Shown in pieces: positions 52,678-64,000 of a DNA stretch of 64,000 bases (the first letter of the stretch is position 1; each line of letters opens with the position of its first letter). Source of the DNA: Lama glama. Its lineage: Eukaryota. Both the position numbers and the translations under genes were made by a program. Location of the stretch: positions 25,236,001-25,300,000 of the forward strand of contig CM052817.1 of assembly GCA_028534125.1 (NCBI GenBank), read 5' to 3'. Below the pieces are notes generated by a model. The model was not told the DNA's origin. It ran no database searches and saw only the letters and a list, made by a program, of their open reading frames with translations.

Positions 52678-53064
52678 TTTGGGTTGCTTTGCTAGAGCTG
52701 CTTAACAAAGGACTGCAGACTGGATGCCTTAATCAAGAGACATGGATTTTTCTCACCGTTTTGGAGGCCAGAAGTCTGAGATCGAGGCGTGGGCAATGTT
52801 CGTTTCAGCCTCTCTGCTTGGCTCACAGGTGGCCGTCATTTCCCTGTGTCTTCACACGGCTTTTCCTCTGTGCATGCCTGTGTCCAAACTTCCTTTTCTT
52901 ATAAGGATACCAGTCATCGTGGGTTGGGGCCCACGCCAATGACCTCATTTTAACTGAATTATCTCCTCAAAGACCCTATCTCCAAATACAGTCACATTCT
53001 GAGGTACCTGGGGTGAGTACTTCCACATTTGGATTTGGGAGGGAACACAACTTGGCTTATAGCA
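52678..53064 (-). mobile_element. MaLR solo LTR, MLT1B-like
   Basis: tggaggccagaagtctgagatc...cttataaggataccagtcat...aaagaccctatctccaaatacagtcacattctgaggtac. Confidence 0.85.
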
Positions 53065-55689
53065 TATCTAAAGTTTAGGGGTTAAAAAAAAAATGTCAGA
53101 GGAAGAACTTTCCTGCATCCAAATGTCCCTCGTGCCAAGGGGCCCAGTCTCTTCTTCTCTTTCCTGACTCTTCTGAACGCTTTGCTGCAGGACTCGACCT
53201 GTGTTAGCTCCCAGCAGACAGTACTGCCTTACTCTCTGAAAATGCAGTCCCCTGGGTCTATAAAATGCCTTCAGCCAGCATAGTCCAATGCTGAAAAGCC
53301 TCGATGAGTTACTTTCTGCTTGTTTGTTTGACTGGCTGGATAAAACTAAAGCCCCTTCCCAACCACTTGCAAAGCAGGAGAGCAGGCATTAGGGTTGTGT
53401 TGCTGTCAGGGCCAAAAGCCAGTGTGTTGAAGCCCTTTCATCACTGAAATTCGTGTTTCGAAGAATGTGGGTGGGTCCTAAGTGCATTTTTCTAACGCGT
53501 ATGTGTGTGTCTTATGTGCGCAGAAGCGGGAAAACGTTACAATGTTTTAAAAGCTTCATCTACAAGGCTGTAATCTGTTTGGAGATTTTCAAAAATGAAA
53601 ACAATCACAGCATGCAGACATTTCCTGACAGGCAGGGATCTGAAGAAGGAAGAAAAATTAAATAATGAACAGGCCAAGGGCACCAGGGGCAGGGATCTGA
53701 AGTGCACGCTTTCGGTGCAGACACTTTGAGAAAGAAAGGCTGCGGGGGCGGAAAAGCGAGGCACCGGTGAAGGCAGGACCAAAACGGGCCCGGGGAAAGC
53801 TGCTGGGGATGGGGGCAGTGGGAGAGGCCGCCAGTGTGCTGGCGGGGCTGTCACTAGCCCAGAATCATCAGGCACCTGAAACAACAAGGTCAAGAATGTG
53901 ACCTGAAGGATACATGAAGTATTTGTTTAGGAAGCCATACTGGGAAAAAGATTCAAAGAGTTAAATCAGGGCGCTTATCTCTTCTGACTGCAGAATGAAA
54001 TAGCAAATGTTCAAGCAAAGCCAGTGGGACTAGGGAAGTTCTTTTTATTAATGTGCTGAAGAAAACTGATAGGAGACTGAGGGTGAGGAGTGGGCAAGGC
54101 TCTGACCGGTTTCTTGATGTGGAACCAGCAGAGGGCTCGGGGCAGGTCAGGCCTCAGCCCCTCCCCACGTGGTCAGCAGCCCTGCCCACCGAGGCATCCG
54201 GATTCCAGGCCTCCAGTCCTCCAGGACAAAGGGCCCTTCCCCCACTTGTCAGCCTTCCTGTTCCCAGGATTGTGTGGCCTGGCCCTTTGATCAAGCTAAG
54301 GGCATTCAGTCTGCGCTGCGAACAACTGCTTTAAATATGAAGGTTTCCGGGCTGGCCCTCAAGTCCCCGTGGTGTTCCCTGGCGACGGTGCTACGCCTGG
54401 CCACTTCAGATTTCCACTGCTCCCCCGAAGTGGTCAGCGGTCTCTCCAACAGAGCTTTCTGGTGCTGTCCCAACCCTCAGAAAGCATTGCAAAGAGGTGG
54501 GCATGGTGGATGTAGCCTCAACATAAATCCATCTTAAAAAGTGGCTGTGGCTCAAATGCTCTTTTACAAATTCCTACAGTGGACTGAGAATCCACCCACG
54601 GCCTAAATGACTCTCTGACAAAGACGCATTTGCAATAACGGACTAGGAGCCAGGAACCCTGGGTTCTAGATCCAGCTCTGCAGCCTCCTTGCTGAGTCAT
54701 TTTTAGTCATTTTTAGTCATTCGGGCCCTCTGGGTCTGAGTGTTCTCTCTTTTAAAAAAAAAAATCAGTTTAAACTTGGCAAGCTCTTGGAGCTAGATTT
54801 TAAAATCCTACGATTCCTACACTGTGATGTACTCCCGAGAAAGAATGTTCTGTTCGCCCCTGCATTGACACAAGTACCATGTAGGTCACTGGCTTCAAGA
54901 AATAAGTAAATAGGAAGCAGAAAACCAACAACCCCTTCAAAACTGTTTCCGACGCTGACACATTTCTCCACAAGCCACCCATTTACTAAAGACCTGGTGT
55001 CTAACAAAGCTAGGTATGTAAAGTCTCTGTGTGACACTTTTCTGATTTTATTTAGAGAAAATACGATGATGACTCTACTCTAGAAGGATCCATTCCTCTT
55101 GCTCCATGAGCACTTCTCTTCCTACCCGAGAGGACTCCCCTTCCTCACAGAGGTGACAAAGAAATTGCAAGAGAAGAGGAATAGATTGACTCGAGATTTA
55201 CTGAGAATTATTTAAGATTTGGCATAAGATTGTACTTACCTAACAGAGCAACAAGTTAGGATCTATACCCCAAGGGAGCTTTGCTAAGTAATGACTGAAT
55301 TAACCACATTTGGAAAAGTCCTGAGAGTGTCTTAGAGTTGTTTTGTTATTATTATTGGTGACAAGTTTCTATATCTTCTGTTAACTGAACTCAACAAGAT
55401 TACTCTATATCGGGCTTAGGTATCCGACCTTTAAGAGTTCTGGAGTTCATACTCAGTGTCTTTCCTTCAGGATTGTTTGGGAGAAGTTTCTGGACATCAG
55501 AATCCCAGGGTTTACCTAATTCTTTTCCTGATCCTTATTTATAGATGTTTTTAAAGTGCTGTGAGTCTTTGACAATCTCTCTGCTTCTGTTACAATAATA
55601 TTTGTGATGAACTACAGAGACACTTTTGGATTTCTAAGCAAAGCCCTGTTCTCTGACTGTCCCCACACCACATCCTTATTTTGATCTTT

Positions 55690-56565
55690 AGGGCTCACCC
55701 AGAATCAAAGCTTCATCCATTCCCATGAGCCATCACTTTATGAGGCGGGTGTCTAAATCTCTGCTTCCTACTTTAATCTTTCTTGAGCCCCTCTTACTGC
55801 ACTAAACATGTCCACTTGGATGCCCCTAAATCAGAGACGCCAGGTTCAAGCACTGAGGACTAATTCATGTTTCCTCCAAAAGGCAGCCTGACATACTTCG
55901 TTCTATCATGGGCAACGCTGTTCCCCCAGCCACCCAATTTAACCTTGGCATCATTGCTAACCAGTCCTCTCTCTCACCTGTAGCCTAGTCCTCTGGTCAC
56001 ATCAGTTCTTCCTCCTCAGTGTCTTTGTCCTTTCTGGCCAGTTCTAACTGCCATCACCCTGGCCTGAACCCTTATCTCCTGATCTTTTGGCTGCCATTTT
56101 CTGCCCAGCCATCAGGCAGATCACTTCGGATGAATTCATTCATTCAACCAATCCCTGCTGTGTGCCCCGTGTGCTCTCTTCAACAATCGTCAGGAACACA
56201 TTGACATCCATGGAATAAGATGCAAACTCCTGAAGCTGACATTCAGCCCCTCCCATCCCCACCTAAACTTGACCCCCAGGTCACCCCTCTCACCGCACTC
56301 CCTCTTCCTGGGCAAACAGTTCCACTCAGCTTCCTCTGAAGAGACTCAGAGTGTTCCCCTTTCTTTAGATTCCCCTCCCTGGAAGTTCCTCCTTCTCTCC
56401 TCTCTTAACTGTACCCATGTCTCCTATGGCTGCTGTTCCCATCAGTCAGTCCCTATAACTTTGCAGTTTGCTCTGTTCCCCTCACAACTGGCACATGCAA
56501 TATTGTGTTGCTGCCTATATTTTCTATGTCTTATCTCCCCGACTGGACCCATCACCTTAATGGAA
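55690..56565 (+). mobile_element. L2 LINE fragment (degenerate)
   Basis: catccattcccatgagc...catgtccacttggatg...aaccttggcatca...gaataagatgcaaactcct. Confidence 0.6.
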
Positions 56566-56589
56566 TAAATTGCAGGAAAGAAGGGGAAT

Positions 56590-57050
56590 GAACAATTATT
56601 AAGTGCCTACAGTATACCAGAAACCCTTATATGTTTTTTTTTTCTTTCAATATTGCATTTAGTGCTCTAAACTAGGGGTGGGAAAGCTACAACCTGTGAG
56701 TGGAATCCAATCTGTCGGTTCTTATAAAGCGTTATTGGAACAGAGCCATCCTGATCATGCACATTTCAGCTCTTTGATGTGCTAAAATGGCAGAGTTGAG
56801 CAGTTGTGGCAGAGACTGAATGGCCAGCAAAACCTACAATATTTACTATTTCTCTCTCTCTTTAAGAAAGTTTGCTGACCCCTGGTCTAAAGAAACCAGA
56901 GAAGTTAAAATCTGTTATCATCTGTTTTTATAGGTGAGGAAATAGAAGTTCGGAGTTTGAGTAAATTGCTTAAGGTCACACAGCTAGTAAGGGACTCAGC
57001 AAAAACTTGAAGCCAGGTCTGTGATTCTAGAACCAGAGGCTTTCCTTCCA
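56590..57050 (-). mobile_element. MIR SINE interrupted by MER58A
   Basis: ttattaagtgcctac...[MER58A]...ggtgaggaaatagaag...ttgcttaaggtcacacagctagtaag. Confidence 0.75.
56672..56884 (-). mobile_element. MER58A-like DNA transposon
   Basis: taggggtgggaaagctac...ttattggaac...ggcagagttgagcagttg...aaagtttgctgacccctg. Confidence 0.8.
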
Positions 57051-57479
57051 TCTGACCACAAGACATCGTCCGTGATTGCTAATGCTTGATGATAGTGGGG
57101 CCCTGGTTTATGTAAAACCTATGTCTTTTCTTCATGCTTTTGCAGGAAGTAAGAAATCCAGCAGCTGGAATTAACTGGACTTTCAGGCACATATCAAAGT
57201 CCTCTGACGGACCACATTAACATTGTTTGAAGATATTTTCTGTAATTCGCCACCATAGAGTTAATTCACGCTACTGCAACTATCTTCAGAAGGACATAAA
57301 TACTTGAGGGCGGAGCCCTCCAACATCATAAAAAAAAAAAAAACCCCCAGTGTATGAATGTTGCAGGATATCAATTTTAAGAATGACTTATTGTGAGAAT
57401 GAGAAGTTCTTTTCACTACTATCAAATTTCAGTAGAAGTTTGTACGGAAAATCTCCCACTGTGGGGTCACCGACCACCT

Positions 57480-57680
57480 AGATTTCAACCCCTGGGCCAT
57501 TACTGACTAGCTCTCCTATTGTGCGTGAGATGCCTAATCCATATAAATTTTTGTATTTTTATCTGCAAAAGGGAACTCATCCAGTTACTTCGAGGAGATG
57601 AAATAAGACAAGTAAAGCACTTACAGCAATTCCTCGCCCACAGTAAGTAATCATCCAAACATATGTTGTTGTTATTACTG
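57480..57680 (+). mobile_element. MIR SINE
   Basis: tttatctgcaaaaggg...gtaaagcacttacagcaattcctcgcccacagtaagt. Confidence 0.65.
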
Positions 57681-59686
57681 GCTGAAGTCTTTGCACCGAT
57701 GCTCAGAAACTTAAATTCATTTTTGAAACTCCATAAAATCACACAAAATGGGAAAGGCAGCAAAAACAAATAGGCAAGGAAAGGAGACGAGAAGGACAAT
57801 GAAGAAAGCAAGTCAGTTCCTCCTCTGCTTTATCTCTGCAAAATGTTTCCAGAAAATAATTTTTTATCAATACATAAGGATATTTGAGTCAGGTATATAT
57901 CCTGCCCTACAGAGGAAAAGGAAGGGAAGGAAGCTTTGCCCAAACAATAGTTTTGGGAGGCAAACCCCCAAATATTAGTGCAGGGAGGAGAGTAAAAGAG
58001 TTCATAAAGCAGCATACTTAACCATATTAATTATTACACGTAATAGCCGGCAATGCCCAAACTGGCCCCTCACTGAGATTCGCATCATTACGCTCAAGTA
58101 ATTAAACTGCTGCCAACATCCCACATCATGCGAATCAGTTCTACCTGGAATAGTTATTAAACTTATAATCACGGCCCATTTGAAGTCTTGACTTCATGAA
58201 TATGATTGAGAGCTTGTTGAATGAGGCGAAATGTGCCTGCGCCTCCGAGGGAGGAAAGGGACGGACCTGCTGCTGATGGCAGGCATCAGTCACTGGGTTC
58301 CAGATGCAGGTCCTTTCCGCCAACTGTCAGAAATCCAACACAGAGTGAGCCCCTTACGGATTCTTGCGCCGTTTTAGAAAAGCTGTCATTAAGATGTGAT
58401 TCCCATTGATTTCCTGTTTCCTTTACTCCTTGTTTAAGTTCAACTATAGAAATCCACAGTGTATCTAAAAAACTGTTTAAAAGGAAAAAATGGTGAAGAG
58501 GAGTGGGGACAACTTCTCAGACTGAATTTCTCTTCTCTGTAGGTTTTCTTTTTCCTCCAGAATATCAAATTATCCTCTTTGCACACACTTGACTCTTTAG
58601 TAATTTGGTTTTATATCTTAATTAAATCATTTCAAGTAACATAGGAAACAGAGGTCTCTGTTTCATCTAGTTTTGTATAATTTAATTCTTAGTTGGGAAA
58701 TCCGTTTGTTCTCTAAAGTGGGTCATGAATATTTGGGGGTGGGCTACCAGCAAAAGAAAGTGAGGTTTGCCAATAGGGTGGCTGCTCTGTGCTCATGCTG
58801 TGAGTCTTCATAATGGGCCTCTGAGAACCCCAGAGGGATCCACAGAGTCTGGTACCGGCCTTCCCACACCCTCTTCCTAGGACATTGGTCACTTCGGTTC
58901 CTTGTAAGTCACTGTGTTTGTACCATGAGTCTCTGCCTCCCTAAGCGTCACAAACAGGCCTCAGCCAAAGGCAAGCAGCAGGAGATGAGACGCCAGGAAG
59001 GCCTGTGGCCCATGAGGATATTCTGGCCTGAAAACTCTTACCAGTATGGGTGTTTCCTGATGGATGTTGAGCAACCCAACCACAGCCTGACTGGGGTCTT
59101 ATGATGTTAGGGAAGGAAAAAAACCTAAGGCACAATAAATATAGGGACAGAATTAATAGGATCCATGGTGCGAACAGGAGTAACGCTCTCAGAGAGTAAC
59201 TGAAACAGATAGAAGTAATGGTGGCTGGGAACACCAATATAAAGAATGTAAAAGTCACTGGAGTCAAGAGTAGTGGCTGTTGTGACATCATATAACTGTT
59301 GTTTGACCTATGCTTCAGAATGCCTGCCTGCTCCCAGAGTATTTTTCTAGTAAGCTGTGTGTGTGTGTTTGGTGGTAGGAAGAGATTTGAGGGTACAGTT
59401 TATAGACTAAGAATATGGAGCTTTCTATGTACCAAACACTTGTTCTGGTTGGATTTTCATAAGCATTGGACAAAGACAACTTCAAAGAACATGAGAGAGC
59501 TACTTACCTTTAATTTCTGATCAGCTCAGCTGGTCTCTTGGCATAATCCTGAAGAAATAGTATCAAGCTGACAGAAAGTTTGGAGGGACAGCCAAGCAGA
59601 AAAGGTCCTGTGCATAAATCTCTGTAGTGAAAGGTATGAAGGGTGGTCCTAAGGAGCAGGTCCTTGGCAGCTGGAGGCCAAGATGG

Positions 59687-60094
59687 TGTTGTGGGTTGAA
59701 TTGAGTCCCTCTCCAAATTCTTATGTTGAAGCCCTAATCCCCAGTACCTCCGAATATGACTGTGTTTAGAGATAGAGCCTTTAAAGAGATGACTAAGTTA
59801 AAATAAGGCCACTAGGGTTGATCCTAATCAGTCTAACTGTTGTCTTTATAAGAAGATGAAATTTGAACACACAAAGAGATACCAGGGACGTACACACAGA
59901 GGAAAGACTGTGTGAAGACACAGCGAGAAGGCAGCCATCTGCAAGCCAAGGAGAGCGAGGTCTCAGGAGAAACCAAACCTGTTGGCACCTTGATCTTGGG
60001 CTTCCAGCCTTCAGAACTGTGAGAAATAAATTTCTACGGTTTAAGCCACCCAGTTTGTGGGATTCTGTTATGGCCGTTCCAGCAGATTAGCACA
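59687..60094 (+). mobile_element. MaLR solo LTR, MLT1B-like
   Basis: tgttgtgggttgaattg...tgttgaagccctaatccccagtacctc...gaaggcagccatctgcaagccaaggaga...tttaagccacccagtttgtgg. Confidence 0.9.
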
Positions 60095-60722
60095 AGTGAC
60101 TAGTATAGGAGGAGTTGGGAAAGTCCAGATCCAGCTGCAGTGAACTGGGGCCATTTTGATCCATATGGGAGCACGATGATGGGAGGCAAGGGGCGATGTT
60201 TGCATTTGAGTGCCTACTGTGTGCGGGCAGTGAGATAGATGCTCTATATACCCACCTTTCATCTTCACAATAAGCTGGCGAAGTGACTTACTGCCCTTTT
60301 GTAGATGAGGAAGTTGAAGCTTAGCAAGTGTAAAATCATGCTTGAGATTACTAGAGAGGGTCAGGGGTGTCAGGGTCCCAGGAAGACACCAGGCAGCCTT
60401 ACAGGAGCCCCTGATAGAAAGAAAAGTTCTGGGTCTAAGCTAAATTCCAGACAGACTAGTGTTGAAGCCTGCTTAGTATTCCTAAGTCCAAAAAAAAAAG
60501 TCAAGCACTGGCTATTGTGGCAAAGCAAAGTGTCTCGGCCCATGAACTTTGGGTTAGAATCATGGCTCTGCCATCTGCTATTGGAAGATCTTGTGCACAT
60601 CACTGTCTCATGAAGCTTCATTCCCTTACCTGTGAAATACTAATATTTCTCAAGTATTGTGTTCATACATCACAGGATTGTTGAGAAAATTAGATGAATT
60701 AGCACATTTAAAGTTATTGCCA

Positions 60723-61097
60723 TGTATATTTGTCAGGGTTCTCCAGAGAAACTAAACTAGTAAGATGTGTAAAGATAGAGGTTTATTTTAAGAAATTGAC
60801 TCATGTGATTGTGGAGGCTTGGCAAGTCAAAATCTGATAGGGGAGGCTGATAGGCCTAAGAGTCAAGAAAGAATTGCAGTTCAAGTCCAAAGGCAGCTCA
60901 ATATAGAGATGATGTTGCAGATGAAGTCCAAAGGCCAACTGCTGGAGGATCCCTCTTGCTGGAAGAAGGTCTGCCTTTTGTTCTACTCACGCCCGCAACT
61001 GATTGGGTGGGGCCCACTCACCTTATAGAGAGCAATCTTCTTTAACAAAGTCCACCAATTTTAAATGTAAGTCTCATCTGAAAACACACTCACAGAG
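60723..61097 (-). mobile_element. ERVL MLT2-family LTR (partial)
   Basis: gtcagggttctccagagaaac...ttattttaagaaattgactcatgtgattgtggaggct...ggcccactcac...gagggcaatct-like block. Confidence 0.8.
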
Positions 61098-61099
61098 GA

Positions 61100-62842
61100 T
61101 ATGTGGCCAAGATGGTGCAGTAGGAAGACTCTATCTCATCTCCTCCCACAGGCACATCAACATTACAATTATTTACTGAGTAGCTGTCTATGAGAAAGAC
61201 CTGAAGACTAGCAGAAAAGGTTTTCCACCACTATATGTTTAAAGAAGGAACCACAACAAGATGTATAGTAGTAGAGACATGGTGCAGTCAAGACCCACAC
61301 TCCCTGGTAGGTGACCCACAAATGGGAGGATAATCATAATTGCAAAGGTCCTTCACAAGGAGCGAGGGGTCTGAGCCCCATGTTGGGCTCCCTAGCTCAG
61401 GGTTCCTGCACCAGGAAGATAAGCCCCCAAACCTCTGCCTATGAAAGCCAGAGAGGCTTACATATGGGACAGCCAAAGGGTTGTAGGAAAGGGCGTGTGC
61501 AAAATCTCGCATGCTCTGAGTCCCAACTCAGAGGCAGTGACTTGTAAGGTGTTTGGGTCAGACCCACTTACTGATCTTGGAGAGTCTCCCAAAAGGCAGG
61601 AGGCAGCTAGGGCCCCCTGGGAATACAGACGCTGGCAGCAGCCATTCTGGAGCCTTCCTTCTAGCCTCTTGCTAGGACTTACCTGCCCATCCCCTGCCAG
61701 CTGCCCCAGGAACTGGTCGCACTTACCAGCAGGTTAGCAGTTGCTGCATGAGGCAGGCCTTGGCTGCCCATCAGGCTGGGGCCTGGCCCTACCTACCAGC
61801 CTGCCCACGGCAGTCGGACCTCCCGTGACAGAAGGGCCTGCACAACCCACATGGAAGCACCCCTGGAGTATATAGCTTTGGTGACCAGAGGGGAAGCTCT
61901 GTGCTTCTTGGCCCCTTAGAACATCTGCTACATAAAGTCACTTCTCCAAGATCAGCAAACATGACTGACCGACTTCATACAAATAAACAGAGAACTTGGC
62001 AAAGTAAGGAGACAGAGGAATACATTCCTAATGAAGGAACAAGACAAAACCTCAGAAAAAGAACTAAACAAAAAGGAGATAAGCAATCTCCCTGATATAG
62101 AGTTAAAGGTAATGGTCATTAAGACCAATGCGCTTGAGAGAAGAATGGATAAACACAGTGAGAATTTTAACAAAGAGTTAGAAAATGTAAAGGCGAACCA
62201 AATAGAGCTGAACAATACAATAACTGAAATGAAAAAACACACCAGAAGGAATCAACAGTAGGTTAGATGATGGAACAGATCAGGGAACTGGAAGACAGAG
62301 TTGTGGAAATCACTGATGCTGAACAGAAAAACAAAAAAAGAGTGAAAAGAGGACAGTTTAAGAGACCTCTGGGACAACATAAAGTGCACTAATATTTTCA
62401 TCATAAGGGGTCCCAAAAGGAGAAGAGAGAGAGAGAAAGGGGCTGAGAACATGATTGAAGACAAAATATCTGAAACCTTCCCTTGTGGAGGCTAACCAAT
62501 AAGCTACTAAACAACCAGTGGGTCACTGAAGAAATCAAAGAGGAAATCAAACAACACCCAGAGACAAATATACACAAACCTGTTGCGTTTCTATACACTA
62601 ACATCAAACTATCAGGAAGACAAATTAAGAAAAAAATTCCATTTATAACTGCATCAACTGGAATAAAATACCTAGATATAAGTCTAACCAAAGGAAGCAA
62701 AAGACTTGTACTCAGAAAACTGTAAGACTTTGATTAAAGAAACTGAAGACAACACAAACAAATAGAAAGATATACTGTGTTCATGGACTGGAAGAATTCA
62801 TATTGTTAAAATGACCATACCCTCCAAGGCAATGTGCAGTAT
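61100..62842 (+). mobile_element. L1 with 5'UTR, partial ORF1 and two ORF2 fragments (internally deleted, no 3' end)
   Basis: 5'UTR start caagatggtgcagtaggaagac. ORF1-like MKEQDKTSEKELNKKEISNLPDIELKVMVIK (62031). ORF2-like WRLTNKLLNNQWVTEEIKEEIK and VAFLYTN..IPFITAS..IKYLDISLTK (62483-62725). Confidence 0.9.
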
Positions 62843-63762
62843 TCTTCCTCTTATTGACTCAAGTTTGGTCAAACATAATTGGCATGTTCAGGGTTAAAGG
62901 GAGGGGGAAAAGAATGCATGGTCTAAAGAGAAACAAAAATGACCAAACTGTTATTTAGCTAAACCATTATTTGGCGTCTTTTTTTTTTTTCTTTCTCAGA
63001 AACCAAAAAAGAGAAAGGACTGGAACATCTGGATAAATAGTAGCTCTATGACACTCCCTCTGGGAAAAAATTATCAATGTTATAATTCCAGGATTCATTT
63101 GCAAAGAATGCAACTTCCTTTTCTATTACAAATAAGTCTACTTTTTCTCAGATGACTAAGATGTGGTCAGACCTTCACCTCAACCCCCTCTCTAGCTAGG
63201 GTGATTTGGATGAAAACTTTCATGGCCCTCAGTCACTCTCATTGAAACTCAATGTTTATAGGATTTCAGAGTTGGAACAAATAAGAATCGTCTATCCAAG
63301 GAGATGCTGAATGGCCACAAAAGTAGGTAGAAATGGGGCCAAGTAGGCAGGACTCTGAGCCCTCGAATTTTTTCAAAAAAGTGCCTCATTGTCTTCTCTA
63401 AATATTTGTCTTCCACTTAAGATTTCATTCATTTGTAGAAAGAGTTTTATGGTTTAAAAGGGAAAAATAAACAAACTCAAAATCCACTGATTTGGCCTAA
63501 CATCCCATCTGATGCTCCTATGTCCCTGTCAAGGGTTCATTTAGTCTCTGCTGGGGGAGCCCTGAGATGGAAGCCTCCCTATTTCATGAAACAGCTTATT
63601 CCATTACATCTTCAGAGGGCAGAAATTGTCAGGAAGTCCTTTCTTATATTGAGGCCACATACAACTTACACATGGTAGTCTTATATAAACTGTCATCACC
63701 TATTCTAACTTGGGAAGAAGAAAGAGAAGGGCAAGAACAAGAGCATAAAGTAGGAAAGATGG

Positions 63763-63947
63763 ATATTGAATATAGTTCCCTGTGCTATATTCAATACCCA
63801 TCCTATAATAAAAAAGGACATGAAAAGGAATATATGTAAGTACATGTATGACTAAAACAACATTATGCTGTACACCAGAAATTGACACCACATTGGAAAC
63901 TGAATATATTTCAATAAAAATATTAGAAGGCCAAAAAAAAAAAAAAA
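63763..63947 (+). mobile_element. Short L1 3' end with 5' inversion and target-site duplication
   Basis: L1 3'UTR (tatgctgtacaccagaaattgacac) plus polyA. TSD aagtaggaaagatgg (63748-63762) / aaggaggaaagatgg (63950-63964). Inverted piece at 63763-63788. Confidence 0.85.
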
Positions 63948-64000
63948 CCAAGGAGGAAAGATGGGTAAAAAGAGCAAATAGGATAAGCTTGAGCTGTGTT

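Noticed and set aside
54695..54721. Triple 10-bp tandem unit agtcattttt
   Set aside because: Simple slippage duplication inside a MIR-like remnant; not an array or CRISPR.
57120..57330. Strong acceptor-like tgtcttttcttcatgcttttgcag followed by unique sequence
   Set aside because: No coding frame or matching donor can be supported from sequence alone.

Overview
Mammalian genomic DNA, apparently gene-poor intergenic or intronic sequence. The host is probably a cetartiodactyl, plausibly a camelid: the young L1 3' ends are artiodactyl-type and I saw no ruminant, pig or cetacean SINEs. I found no intact host protein-coding gene. The ORF track is mostly chance ORFs plus L1 ORF1/ORF2 debris. Most recognisable sequence is interspersed repeat (MaLR/ERVL LTRs, MIR, L2, old and young L1, hAT-Charlie MERs), and there is a 500-N assembly gap at 19677-20176. 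The main finding is a TE-free segment of about 2.7 kb at ~4170-6830 (+ strand). Translated across stops and frameshifts, it gives more than 12 colinear peptide blocks resembling the L protein (RNA-dependent RNA polymerase) of Bornaviridae, from the N-terminal region through RdRp motifs A-E into the capping and connector region. I read it as a heavily decayed endogenous bornavirus-like L element (EBLL). The viral reference peptides are recalled from memory and aligned by eye, so a tBLASTn or HMM search is needed to confirm. Repeat subfamily names and boundaries are also by eye and approximate.
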